DNA of 64,000 nucleotides from Zootoca vivipara (lineage: Eukaryota), in assembly GCF_963506605.1 (NCBI RefSeq), contig NC_083276.1:80228001-80292000 (forward strand), given 5' to 3'. Below, one piece after another: positions 1 through 12,200 of this stretch (the stretch's first letter is position 1; every line of letters begins with the position of its first letter). The translations under genes and the position numbers were made by a program. The notes beneath the pieces are model-generated. The model saw nothing but the letters and a program-made list of their open reading frames with translations. It did no database searches and was not told where the DNA came from.

Positions 1-245
1 ATGGACTAGGGTCAAGCATGGCTCCACATAGAAAAAAGACAGCAAGCCTTCTGATGAGTTGCTGCCGTGTGTTCTTTACAAGGGATCGCCAAGGTCCCGT
101 CAACCTGCCTCAGAGATGGTGGCTCCTCCTGAGCCTAGTGCATGCCCAGCTCCTAATACCCTGTCAAGCAGTAGAGCCAAAAGCCTACCAACATCCATCA
201 GATTTTTATTTTTACAGCAGCAGCCATGTTAATTGTTGTAGCCTT

Positions 246-1166
<921 letters not shown>

Positions 1167-1399
1167 CTAAGGCCACCACCTCTGCCCGGTGGGCTCCAAT
1201 GAGACATGGCAACCACCAAGGTCCCTGCCCACCACCAGGCTGGCCTGCGGGGGTTAGGACCAGGGCTCGCTGGATGATGGTTCCCCCTGCCAGGGCTGGA
1301 ACTGATGCTGCCACCACCTCCTGCTGCTCCTTGTCCCTCAGAACAGCTTCCCTGCCCAAGGAGCCGGGCCTCCTCCGGAGTTTGGTGGTGGCCCCCTGC

Positions 1400-2320
1400 G
1401 CTCCTGGGACCTCGAGCGCGGGAGAGGAGCTTCTTGGCGCGTGGGGCGGACGAAACTCCCGCTTCAGAGCTGCTTGCTTGTTCGCAGCCTGCTTCTCGCA
1501 GCCCACCTTTTCCTCCTGGAGGGCAACCGGGACCGAGCAGCCGCTCCAGCCCACAGCAGGGACCCCGCTCGCGTGGCCCCGTCGCGCGTCCGTCCAGACA
1601 GGCACTGACCTCGGCCCTCCCGGCTTCTCGCTCCGGGGCTCCCTGCTAGGTCTGAGCTCGGCTCCCACACACACGAGCCCGGCGCCTAGCGACTCGTCGC
1701 CATGGAAACCCCCACGCGGGATCGCCCGCCTATGGCAGAGCTCGACGCCTCGGACGGGGCGGGACTACGCTCTCGTTCGCCGCCGCCGCCACCCCCCTTC
1801 CCGCGACACAGAACGCACAGCCTGCGAAGAGTGGAGGAGTTTTTTTAACCAATCCGGCTAACTGAGCTGTGGGGAGGGGGGGGCGTGAGGCGCGCGCGAG
1901 AAGCCACGCCTCGTGGCCAGGCCCTCGTGGCTCCGTCCTCGAAGGGGAGGAGGGAGGCGTTTGCGCAAGGGCTCCTTTAACGGCTGCCGGGGTGGCCGGC
2001 CCCGCCCCTCGCTCACCCGCAGCAGCGGCAGCCTCGTCCCGGCCACACGCCCCCTTCGGCTAACCCCTCTCCACGCCCTACAAGCCCCACTCGGCTCCGC
2101 CATGGGCAGCACCGCCTCACACGTGGCTCCCGCCCCTTTAAACTGCTGCGCTAACAGGTGGCAATTCAACAGGTGCAGGTTGGTCGTTGCTTCGACCCCT
2201 GACCCGCGACTAGGAGATGCAGGGACGTGGAGAAGATTTGCCCGGCCGAGCTCCATTTCTGCGTGTGGCGTCCGGAAGGTACAGAAGCCCAGAAGGAGAG
2301 TCCCGGGTGAGAGAGGACGA
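1400..2320. promoter_or_regulatory. CpG island / LRRC10B promoter and 5' region
   Basis: GC- and CpG-rich stretch with GC boxes (GGGGCGGG, CCCGCCCC) immediately upstream of LRRC10B on the - strand. Confidence 0.75.
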
Positions 2321-2322
2321 GG

Positions 2323-2455
2323 CATGGGCGTAGCCAGGATTTATTAGGAGGAGCAGGTTTTATGTTAGTGGTGGGAACCGAGTTATCTGCGATGCAATTG
2401 GTATTTTTATTTTCTTGATGAGGGGGGCAGCTGCTCCCCCATGGCTACGCCCATG
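2323..2455. mobile_element. hAT-type MITE
   Basis: TIRs CATGGGCGTAGCCA/TGGCTACGCCCATG; 8-bp TSD GGACGAGG/TGACGAGG. Confidence 0.8.
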
Positions 2456-4049
2456 TGACGAGGGGCTGCAAAAGGGCGGGAGTGGGAAGCAGCTGCAGCA
2501 GCAACAACCACAGTGGAGACGAGGGATGCTACTGCAGGGTAGCATCTGTTAACTAACAGCACCCAGTCACATGGGAGCAAGCCCCATTGTGTCCACTGAG
2601 GCTTACTTTTGAGTAAGCAGACTTATCAGACTTAAGAGCCCTGAAGTACCCATAAACTGGCTAGCAGATTAGTAAACGCCTATTGCCATGATTGTATATT
2701 TCTGAGGAAAGTGCTGGAAGATTGTAGCTTATTCTTTTTTAAAGAGCTTGATCCTTGTAACAACTGAAGGATTGCTCTCCACATTTTACAGCTGAGAAAC
2801 TGAGGGCCCATTGTCACAACTGCTTGCTTGATGGTATCCACAGCCTGCAGTGATTTGCACCCATGGTGCCAAGTTGTGGTGCAAAAGCCACGAGAGTAGA
2901 TGCAGAACTCCGCATGAGCTGGTTTTTAAGGCACTGCTGGCAAAAGTAGCTTTTTTGAGTACTTCAATAATCTATAAAAAGCGGATCCACACAGACTTCT
3001 TGTGCGCATTCGGCACTGATTGTCGTATTACGTCAGTTCGTCGCATCTGCTGCTGGAAGTCAGTGCAACAAATACAGTATCAGATTAGGAGGCAAACCAT
3101 TAAAAGGTACAACAGTTGTATGAAGACTCTGGCCTCTGGTTATACAAAATCAGTGTTAGTATAAAAAACACTAGATTTCATTCAGTTAACACACAGAAGT
3201 ATGTGAACCAAGAGCTAAACATTTACATTCAGGCAGCCGAAGACTGGCTGTTTAAGTTGGGGAACTTGCTTCAGGAATCATGGTGACTTCAAATTTCTAA
3301 GCTGCCACATAGAACTGATTATTGTGTGAAAACAATCACTATGCATAGACTGTTCTAAATAATAATATAGATTTGCTCCCTTACATGCTACTGGTTTCTA
3401 ATCTGGTGCATAGACTAGCAAAGCACCCAAATCACCCTAAATCAGCCTTCTGCCCTTGAAGTAAACTTTAAGATACAGAAACACTCATATTAAAGAGGAT
3501 TTTTAAACATGAGTTATAGGGGTAAATATGTGGCCGTAGCCACATTGTGTAGAAAAAAATTCCTGCACCTGCCTAAAATGCATAAATTACAAATCCCATC
3601 CATAAAATAGAGGCTAACATTTATGATAAGTGCACATGCAGAGGATGAGAAAAATAAGGCTCTTTCAGATCCTGGTCTAGCTCCCATAAAAATGAGCAGT
3701 TGTTTTTCCATTAACTTTATTTGCAGGCACATCAGAACCTCAGAGTTCTATACACAGAGTTTGCTTAGCACACAGTCAGATCAGTACTTCCTTATTCCCC
3801 ATGAACTATATTAATGTATCGCCATTGGTAGGCTTGTTATTTCAGTACCAACTCCCCCTCAGTCATATATCGTCATGAGTGACACTCGCTTTGAATTATT
3901 CTCACTCCAGATGGTTATAAAGGTGATGGGGATTCTTTTTCCACAGCTATATGTAGACTTCTCTGCCTTCTGCAGACATAGTTACCAGCTGATGTTGCAG
4001 ATCTGATCCATATATTCATACCCATTTTAAACTTCCCTTTAGTATAGTA

Positions 4050-4285
4050 GAGTCCATGGCTAAGTGGTAGAGCATCTGCTTTGCATGGCAAGGATCCCAG
4101 GTTAAATTGCCAGCATCTCCAGGTGAGGCTGGGAGATACTGGCAGGTGAGGCTGGGAGAGGTAGGTATCTCCCAGCCTCCAGGTGAGGCTGGGAGATACC
4201 TGCAACCATGGAGAGCTGCAACCAGTCCTTGTAGACACTATTGAGCTAGATGGACCAAGTGTAAGGCAGCTTCTATATTTCCTAT
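4050..4285 (+). mobile_element. tRNA-derived SINE with internal triplication
   Basis: tRNA-like head (GGCTAAGTGGTAGAGCATCTGCTTTGCATG); three copies of CAGGTGAGGCTGGGAGA; related copies near 42150, 44510-44660 (-) and 55240-55410. Confidence 0.6.
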
Positions 4286-4420
4286 GTATAGGTAACCATG
4301 AAGCCGTAGCCCATTTTTCAGGAAAATTGCCACCATTGTCATCTAGTACACCACATACAGTGGGATGGGAAACCCTTTTGGCCCAATGTGTCCAGATCTG
4401 TATCTTTGTCCCTCCCCCTT

Positions 4421-4424
4421 ACAC

Positions 4425-4460
<36 letters not shown>
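4421..4460. repeat. (CA)n followed by (CAG)n microsatellite
   Basis: direct inspection. Confidence 0.9.
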
Positions 4461-4461
<1 letters not shown>

Positions 4462-4469
4462 ATGTTATA

Positions 4470-4530
4470 TTTGTTGTTGTTTAGTCGTTTAGCTGTGTCC
4501 GACTCTTTGTGACCCCATGGACCAGAGCAC
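4470..4530 (-). mobile_element. BovB/RTE LINE 3' end fragment
   Basis: reverse complement of GTGCTCTGGTCCATGGGGTCACAAAGAGTCGGACAC...AAACGACTAAACAACAAC, the same tail as at 38530-38585 and 58930-58988. Confidence 0.8.
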
Positions 4531-4556
4531 ATTTGTAGAAGCACTATATGTTATAT

Positions 4557-5911
4557 AGGTAAAGGTAAAGGGACCCCTGACCAGGGTGGATAAAAATCAA
4601 TGATTTTTTTAAAAAAATCAAAAAAATCGGATTTTTTTGATTTAAATCGGATTTTTTTGATTTAAATCGATTTTTTTGATTTAAATTGGATTTTTTTAAT
4701 AAAATGCTTTTTGAGGAAAACATATTACCATCCAAAGGTTATTCCATCATGAAATAAAGATTAGTTTTTTAATTTTGTAGTATAAGGTTGTATATGTTTA
4801 ATTTTGGGGGTAAATAAATTCCATTAATCCATTCACAATGTCATGCTCTTCCAGAGGTTTTTGTAAGATTATTGGGCAGTTTCTCTGCCTACAAGATATT
4901 ATCACAGGTGCTTGGTTTACTTTTGCAGTTCTCAAAACTGAATTTGACTCAACAGAGATCACATGCCTCTTCTTCACAGCAAAAATGTTATAACATGAAC
5001 AGAGTTGAGAAAAAGACCTTAATCCTATTGTTCTACAAACCTATGAATACAGAAGCAACCCCTTCAGTGCTAAGTTTCAAGAAGTTCAGTGAATAGAATA
5101 GAAACAATATTTTTCTGATTGTTTGGAGTGGACAGTATTTAAGTTTTTCATGTGTAGGCTGGGCTGACAGTCTAAGTTTCTTAAAATATATATATATATT
5201 GTTTTTGTTTAGCCAAATTAGTTAACAAACACGGATGTTTGTTTAAGCAAATAACATTTGCTGAAATGTTATTGTTTCAGTTGAATAAATCTATTTAAAT
5301 TGTTATTATTAAGGTAATGATTATTTTTCTCCTTCCTAAGTACAACAGTAAAGTTGTCCAAATATGAATGATTAACCTAGTAAACTGGGGATAAAAAAAA
5401 CTAATATGAAAAGTTGTTATTCTAAAAATCTTCATCTACTTGCATATTAAAGTTATACCAGCAAGAATTAGTCTTTATGATTTAAATCAACTATGATTTA
5501 AATCAAGCCTTACTGACCAGTGATTTAAATCGTGATTTAAATCGTGATTTAAATCAGTTTGATTTAAATCAAATCCACCCTGCCCCTGACCATTAGGTCC
5601 AGTCGTGACCGACTCTGGGGTTGCGCGCTCATCTCGCATTATTGGCCGAGGGAGCCGGCGTATAGCTTCCAGGTCATGTGGCCAGCATGACAAAGCCGCT
5701 TCTGGCAAACCAGAGCAGCACATGGAAACGCAGTTTACCTTCCCGCTGTAGCGGTTCCTATTTATCTACTTGCATTTTGACGTGCTTTCGAACTGCTAGG
5801 TTGGCAGGAGCTGGGACCAAGCAACGGGAGCTCACCCCGTCACAGGGATTCGAACCGCCGACCTTCTGATCAGCAAGCCCTAGGCTCAGTGATTTAACCA
5901 CAGCACCACCT
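4557..5911 (-). mobile_element. Sauria SINE, interrupted by a hAT element
   Basis: (ACCTTT)n tail at 4557-4570; tRNA-like head with GGTTCGAATCC near 5845-5910; collinear with the copy at 34716-35022. Confidence 0.85.
4582..5582. mobile_element. Non-autonomous hAT DNA transposon (1001 bp)
   Basis: TIR CAGGGTGGAT/ATCCACCCTG; perfect 8-bp TSD CCCCTGAC (4574-4581, 5583-5590); subterminal GATTTAAATC arrays. Confidence 0.9.
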
Positions 5912-7259
5912 GCAAATGTGGAAGACACTCCTCCTCATCCACCCACAAGTGTGTAGAACAAAACACAATTTGGGACAAGAACCCCCTACTCAAAGGTGAA
6001 GACAAGAAACAGCATAGACTGCCTATCTTCAGAAAATGCAACTAATCCATCTGGGAAAATATGAACACAGGTATTCAGTGGGAGGGAGGGAGAAGAGAGA
6101 GAGAAGCTCAGGTAGCACATTAGATATGTAAGAGAACAGCCTAGAAGAGAGTGCAGTTCTGCAGGGTGTACGCAAAGATGAAGATGTCATGGTTATGAAA
6201 GAGGGAGGAGATAATCCTCGCCTACAGGACTCTTCTAGTCATGTGCTGGCTGACAAATGAGAGGATGACGTTGAAAGCAAACCAAAACCCAAGCCCAGAA
6301 ATGATCAAATAGCAGAAGGAAATGCTTTTTAAACGTGAGCTTCTAATGGAGTTAGCACTGCATAGCTTCACTAGGAAAGGAAAGAGGTGGGATCAGATAA
6401 CAATCTAAAAATTTTAAAGAAGTTAAACTGGATGGCTGGGAGAAAGTTTTGGAGCAAAAACTTAAAGTAAGGAAACATTTTATTGGCACTCAAGAGGCAT
6501 CAGGCTAATGAAAACCTTTGCTTGCAATATTACAATCACACCATGAGGCCACAGAGAGAACCTGATAGTACCCTTAATGAACTAAGGATTTAAATTAAAT
6601 TGCTTTTTTACTGCTTTCTTTTCCCATCCCAAAAGCTGTCCTAAAAGCTATAGTCACACTAGCTCTTTAACTCTATATACACACATGCAAAAACCAGCCA
6701 TTGCTTTTGCCCCATTTTTGAATCATCTTGGCTTACATTAAACTCTTTCATTATCAAGCAACAAATGCATTCCATGCACCAACCATGTTCAAGGGGAGTT
6801 CTATCTATCCTAGGACAACAACATGCTGAGGTGTGTATGTGGCAGAACCATCTCAGTTTCCTCCTAGTTTGAAGAAGAGATCAGACATGTTTGTCACATT
6901 CCAGGCACAATGAGAAACTGATCTGACACCAGATATCATTACACTGAGCATAAAGCTGCAACGTGTGTGGTACATTTGAGAGAAGTACCGGTATTTCTTT
7001 TCAGTGTTGGAGCAGCCTGTGCCATCAGCTCATGAAACATTGACTAGGAATGAAAACTCATCCACAGAGAGAAATGTGAGAAATGGAAAAAGGAAAGCAG
7101 TACACTGTGACTCCTATTAATACTGGGCAGAAAACTGAGAACCAGAGCTGAAGTGGTGTGCATTGCACCTGTAGGAAAAGAGAAATCAAGGTGTCAGTTC
7201 CATGCTGAAAAGGGGAAGGGAGATTGCATTCATGTAGCAGGCGGGGGGGGGAGGGTACA

Positions 7260-7260
<1 letters not shown>

Positions 7261-7304
<44 letters not shown>
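7261..7304. repeat. (TG)n(AG)n microsatellite
   Basis: direct inspection. Confidence 0.9.
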
Positions 7305-7305
<1 letters not shown>

Positions 7306-8204
7306 TCTTTACTATTCCTGGCCAGAGGAGAAATGTGCTTTTCATATGGGTCATACAATTAAAGGATACAGGGAATTCCAGCTCTGCATGCACCTCCCAC
7401 TACTTCACACCATACAATGCTCCCCAACTGTGTGAATGTTTATTGCACAATGCATGAAAGAAGCTGTATCCTACTAGCTATGTAGGTGGGTGAATTTGTG
7501 TTTCACAGGAAAAGGACATACAGGAACCCTTACTATATGGTGTTATATCACACCCTGCAGGGGACAAAAGATCCTACTGTTTCTCTGTTCTGTGTGTGTG
7601 TGTTTCTAACTATACCACAATCAGAAAGATAAAATATCTTTGCTGCCACAAGGCAAATATTAACCAGCATGCTGTGAACAACATGCTAGCAGTACTGGTA
7701 TGGGGACATTGTACCAGATATGGCATTAAATGAGTCTGCTTGCAGTCTCAGCAGAGTGACACACAACCTTTATTACACTATAGTTGTTGGGAACTGAAGA
7801 AATCCAGTGTACACATAGCAGGGTTGTTGGAAGAGTGCAACAGAAAGATGTCCTGGATGTATATGAAGGAGATGTTTGTGCTTTTGCAACACAAGACATT
7901 GTGTAAGGTCACAACATTCATCCACCTATTGTATTAGTGGAATATTTATACCATATACTAATCCTAGGAAAGACAAGTGTTGAGAAGTTGAAGAATAAAT
8001 GTAGTTCCTGGTTCAGAGCACCCTTCTGTTTTGGCCTGCCTTACATCTGGCACCTGTACATGAGGCCTCACTACATGAGGTTCCACCCCAACCCTTCTGT
8101 TTCTTCAATCTTCACCAGACTCTTCATGAAAGTCATATCCATCTCTGCTTCCAGGGGTATTTCTATATCCATTTTGATGCTGTTCCAGTTCCATTAAATA
8201 TACC

Positions 8205-8360
8205 AGCAATATATTGTTTGAATTTATTTAAAACTATACAACCTTTAACAGTAAAATATGAATGATGTGACAGTGCTATCACTCTTGCTCCTTCCTTAGC
8301 ATGTGGGATATTGTTCTGAGGCCCAAAGATATCGGTGTGAGGTCCAGTTTGGAACAGAGG
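8205..8360 (-). other. SAXO4: Putative non-coding terminal exon of SAXO4 with AATAAA (8223-8228)
   Basis: Donor directly after the stop codon at 9180; acceptor TCTTTCTGCCTCTTTACAG ending at 8361; AATAAA on - strand about 130 nt downstream. Confidence 0.5.
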
Positions 8361-9180
8361 CTGTAAAGAGGCAGAAAGACTAAAATCAATCACTACTGTG
8401 TTAAGACTACCGTGTGTGTGTGTAAGTGTGTGTAAACGGCATAGAGGTTTTAGTTACAATCAAGCAGTATACGAATTATGTTGAATAAATAGCCTTAACA
8501 GGAAGGAAGGTTAATGTTGAAAGGCAGAGAGAATGGAAGTGAAAAATGTCTGCATTTGTCTTCCCCAGCAAAATTAACTCATGGCAAATTCCCAGGACAT
8601 TTCTGCATATGGGAAAAGTGCAGTTGGTTGTATGAAATATTACTTTTCAGAGAAGAAAAAAGCACTGGAGTTGTCTGTGTGTATTCCTGGAATTCATCTG
8701 TAAAACCGTAGGTGTTTCCAGTCTGTCACTATTTTCAGGTGGGATCGAATCATATACCAGAAAATTCAGATTGCATGCTTACAGTTGATTGGGAGGTCTT
8801 GCACAAGAAACCTCCTTCCCCAAAAGATCAGACATTTTTGCAGTAAGAAAAGTGATGATGGAAAATGTTCTGGAAACTGGGATAACAGTTGCTTGGATGC
8901 AATGTCATCTAACCTCTCCATGAACACCAGAATGAATGCTCATTAAATAGCTAATGTTTACTAATCTCCCTGCAAACATATCAGAATGAGTGCCCAATAA
9001 AAAGGCCGTCTAGTTTGATTAAACCTGAGAAGCTCTAGAGTAGACTCCAATTTCCAAACAATGGCCAAATTAAAAACAAAGCATAACACACAATATTGCC
9101 CTTTTGACTCTGCAGGTACCTCCCAGATGCTTGATACTGCCAGCCTACTGTCCAATGATGCAATGGGTTATGTCACTTAC

Positions 9181-9268
9181 TTAGTTGGGCACAGTCGTCT
9201 GATGGAGAGCAGCAAAACGGCGGTCATGGGGAGAATCACGATAGAATGGATCAACTGTTGTAATTGTC
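9181..9268 (-). CDS. SAXO4: SAXO4 last coding exon ([28 protein letters not shown])
   Basis: acceptor with exon start at 9268; TAA at 9181-9183; homologous to human TLTSADPFYQNTPH. Confidence 0.9.
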
Positions 9269-12200
9269 CTGAAATGTAGGAGGGGAAAGAATTACAAAAG
9301 AAAGGTCAGTTGGGGAAAACATAGTGGATTGAAAGAGGAATCATACAGTAAAGGAAGGTCAGAGAAGAACAGCTACAACAAATCCAAGCTTACCTGCCAA
9401 CATGAGGATGGATAGTCCTCAAGGTCTCTGTGGCATTGGGGTCAGTGCCTAAGTCAGTGGCATGGTTATTAGTAGCAAAACCACCAGGCTGCTGTGGCTG
9501 GATCCCTCCTCGTGTCCAGCCTTCCCTATCCACTCCCTTTGGAATGTTTTCATAAAACCTGATTGAGAGAAAGGATGAATTATTCCACGTGTAGTTGAAC
9601 TCACCTGTTGCCTCCGTTCTCCTTCAAACAAAATCAGGTGTGTGTGTATATCCTGCAAACAATGCACTTCTACAAATACCTGTTTCAGTACACACCATCC
9701 ACACAAACAGCAGAGCCAACAGCTGCACAAACCTTTGCTGTCCCAGTACTCCCACAATGCACTCTCTAAGGACCTGCAAGGCTTTTATGCAGATAGGAGA
9801 ATGGTACCTTAACAACAAGACATAGCCTGGGAATGTTACTTCTCCCAACACAGGTGGCCAACCAGTATGGCACTTACTTGGAGTTATAGCTTGTCAGGAA
9901 TCTGTTGGGCAGATCTGGATCATGTGCAGGTGTCACATATTTAAGGTTATTGAGACTGAATCCTGATGGTTCCTGCATAGAGAGGTCCATGAAAAGAGTA
10001 AGGGTCTAGAACCATAGGAGCAGAGCAAAGTGCCCAACAGATTATGAAGACGTAAGGCCTTGAGACGTTCAGGCATACCTTGTGACCCACTTGTTCCCGA
10101 CCTAGAAGGTTGTTCTGTGTCTGAGGTTGATGCTGAAGCCCTTGGAACTGAGAGTGGCTCAGGGGACCCGGTGCCTCTACATCTGGTGGAACCGTCTGTG
10201 GAGATTGAAGGTCATGAGTGAAGGAGCCATTGTGGGCAGTGGAGGCTGGTCCATTAGGGCCCCACCAACCTTCCCTGATCCTCACAATCACTCCATAGGG
10301 TGGCAGTGACTGTCAGCTTCTTCCTCCTTTGTCTCAGCCTGCCTGTCATTAGGTCTTGACTACCTCCTACTGTTGGCCTCCTGGCCTTCCTCCCCACCAA
10401 TCCCAACAGGCCCCAGCCACCACAGGTTGTAGGAGTTACTGAAGAAAGGGAGGCAACAAGGAAGACTGTGATTGAAATGAGGAAGGTTGTCTGTGAGTAA
10501 GATAGCCCAAGGATGGTAGTAAGAGGAACAAGCAGAGACTCAGGGGAGGCTTCTGTTTGCGGACTCTGGCAGTGGAAGACAAATTCCAGAGAAAGCAAGA
10601 GCCTAAAGAACAAAGGCAGGTAGAAAAATAGGTCACGGCAGGCAAAGATACATGAAAATGTAGATAAAAGGAAATAAGAGGTGCTGGCAGGGAAAGAGTG
10701 GCAGAGAATTCTAGAGAGAGCAGTGAAGGGAGATGGTGTAAGTAGGGAAAGCAGTTGGCAGAGGGAATGTACTAAAGGAAGCAGGACAGGTATTCTGGTG
10801 ATAAGGGAGTGTCACTTACTGGGGTACGGCCAAGATTCTGCCGACTGAATCCAGATCCCCTCTCAGAACCCTTTGCCAGGACTGGTAGGAACTCATCACC
10901 CTGTCGGGGGGAGGGGACCATATTAATGGTGAGTACATCACATGCAAATAGCCAAGAAAGGGAAATACAGGAAGGGGGAAATGGCACTTTTGCCTGCCGG
11001 CAAAGCACATCCCTTCAACTGTTTTTACAGGTCCCCACCAGTAACAACTCTATTACAAATGATCTCCTTACATGTGGAGGGCAAGATGGCAGATAATCTG
11101 TCTTGGTAATGCTGACTCCTGGAGCGCTGCTCTGCAAAGCAGAAGAAAAGTACTGATACTCAGAGAGAGGAAAGTAGTAAAGAGGAAGCACCGGTTCCAT
11201 TACAGCTTCTACTTGGGAGCAGGCAAGTCTATCTTAGGAGCAACTACCAGTAGTTCAGCCTTCCAAAATACTGTGCTGGTTGGGGCTGGTAGGAGTTTTT
11301 ATCCAAAGCACCTGGAAGGCACTAGGTTGGGAAGGATTGAACTAGTGGTATTTTGTCCTTAATTGCATGGAATCATCCCTGCTATAGTGAAACTGCAAGG
11401 ACCTATGGGCTGTACTTGAACATTCGTGGCTAAATGTACAGAGAAACTAGATTTGCTTTTGCCTTTGACCTCACTTAAAAGCAAAGTACCCACAGACCAA
11501 CACTCAGGTACAGGAAAAGTGGAACCTGTAGCAAAATATTGCAGGGTAGAATGCTCTTGTTCTGGGTTTGTACTAGCCAGTGATCCCCTTTTCTAGGACA
11601 CTTCATTCCTCCCACCCTCAACATTCCATGCCCACTGAGCACGCTCAGTCTTCTTAGTGCTTTTAGGTTTCTGGAAAACCTGGAAGTTCTTCCAAGCCTG
11701 CTAGTACCTCTTTTTGGTATGTGCTTGGTGCCTTTTTGGCTACCTAAGAATAGGCACTATCACATCATATGAATATATGAAGAGCCCTGCTGGATCAGGT
11801 CAACAGCCCATCTAGGAGGACATCCTGTTCTCACAGTGGCCAACCAGGTGACTGTGGGGAGCTCACAAGAAGGACATGAGTGCAACAGCACTCTTCCCAC
11901 CAGTGATTTCCATCAACAGCCATTCAGAGGCAAACTGCCCCCAACAGTGGAGGTAGAACAAAGCCATTGTGGTTAGTAGCCACATATAGCCCCATCCTCT
12001 GTGAATTTGCCTAGCCTTTTAAAGCCATCCACGATTGTGCCCATCGCTACTTCTCGTGGGGGCAAATTCCTTCGTAAGTGAGGAGCACAAGGGTCAGGAG
12101 AGATTGATCCACTGTTCAAACTAACAAGCAATTTGACTAAAGCAGGAGCACTATATTCCACTGGGCTCTGCAGGTTCATGCTTAATGTGACCCTCGGCGA

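Noticed and set aside
4595-4700. Repeated GATTTAAATC/GGATTTTTTT units resembling a CRISPR or iteron array
   Set aside because: There are no unique spacers; they are subterminal repeats of the hAT element in a vertebrate genome.
4872-5096. ORF inside the hAT element (NRVEKKTLILLFYKPMN) faintly resembling a hAT transposase C-terminus
   Set aside because: The similarity is too weak to support without an HMM search.
5845-5910. tRNA-like A/B boxes (also near 4055, 15185 and 34960-35020)
   Set aside because: They are SINE heads, with no complete cloverleaf.
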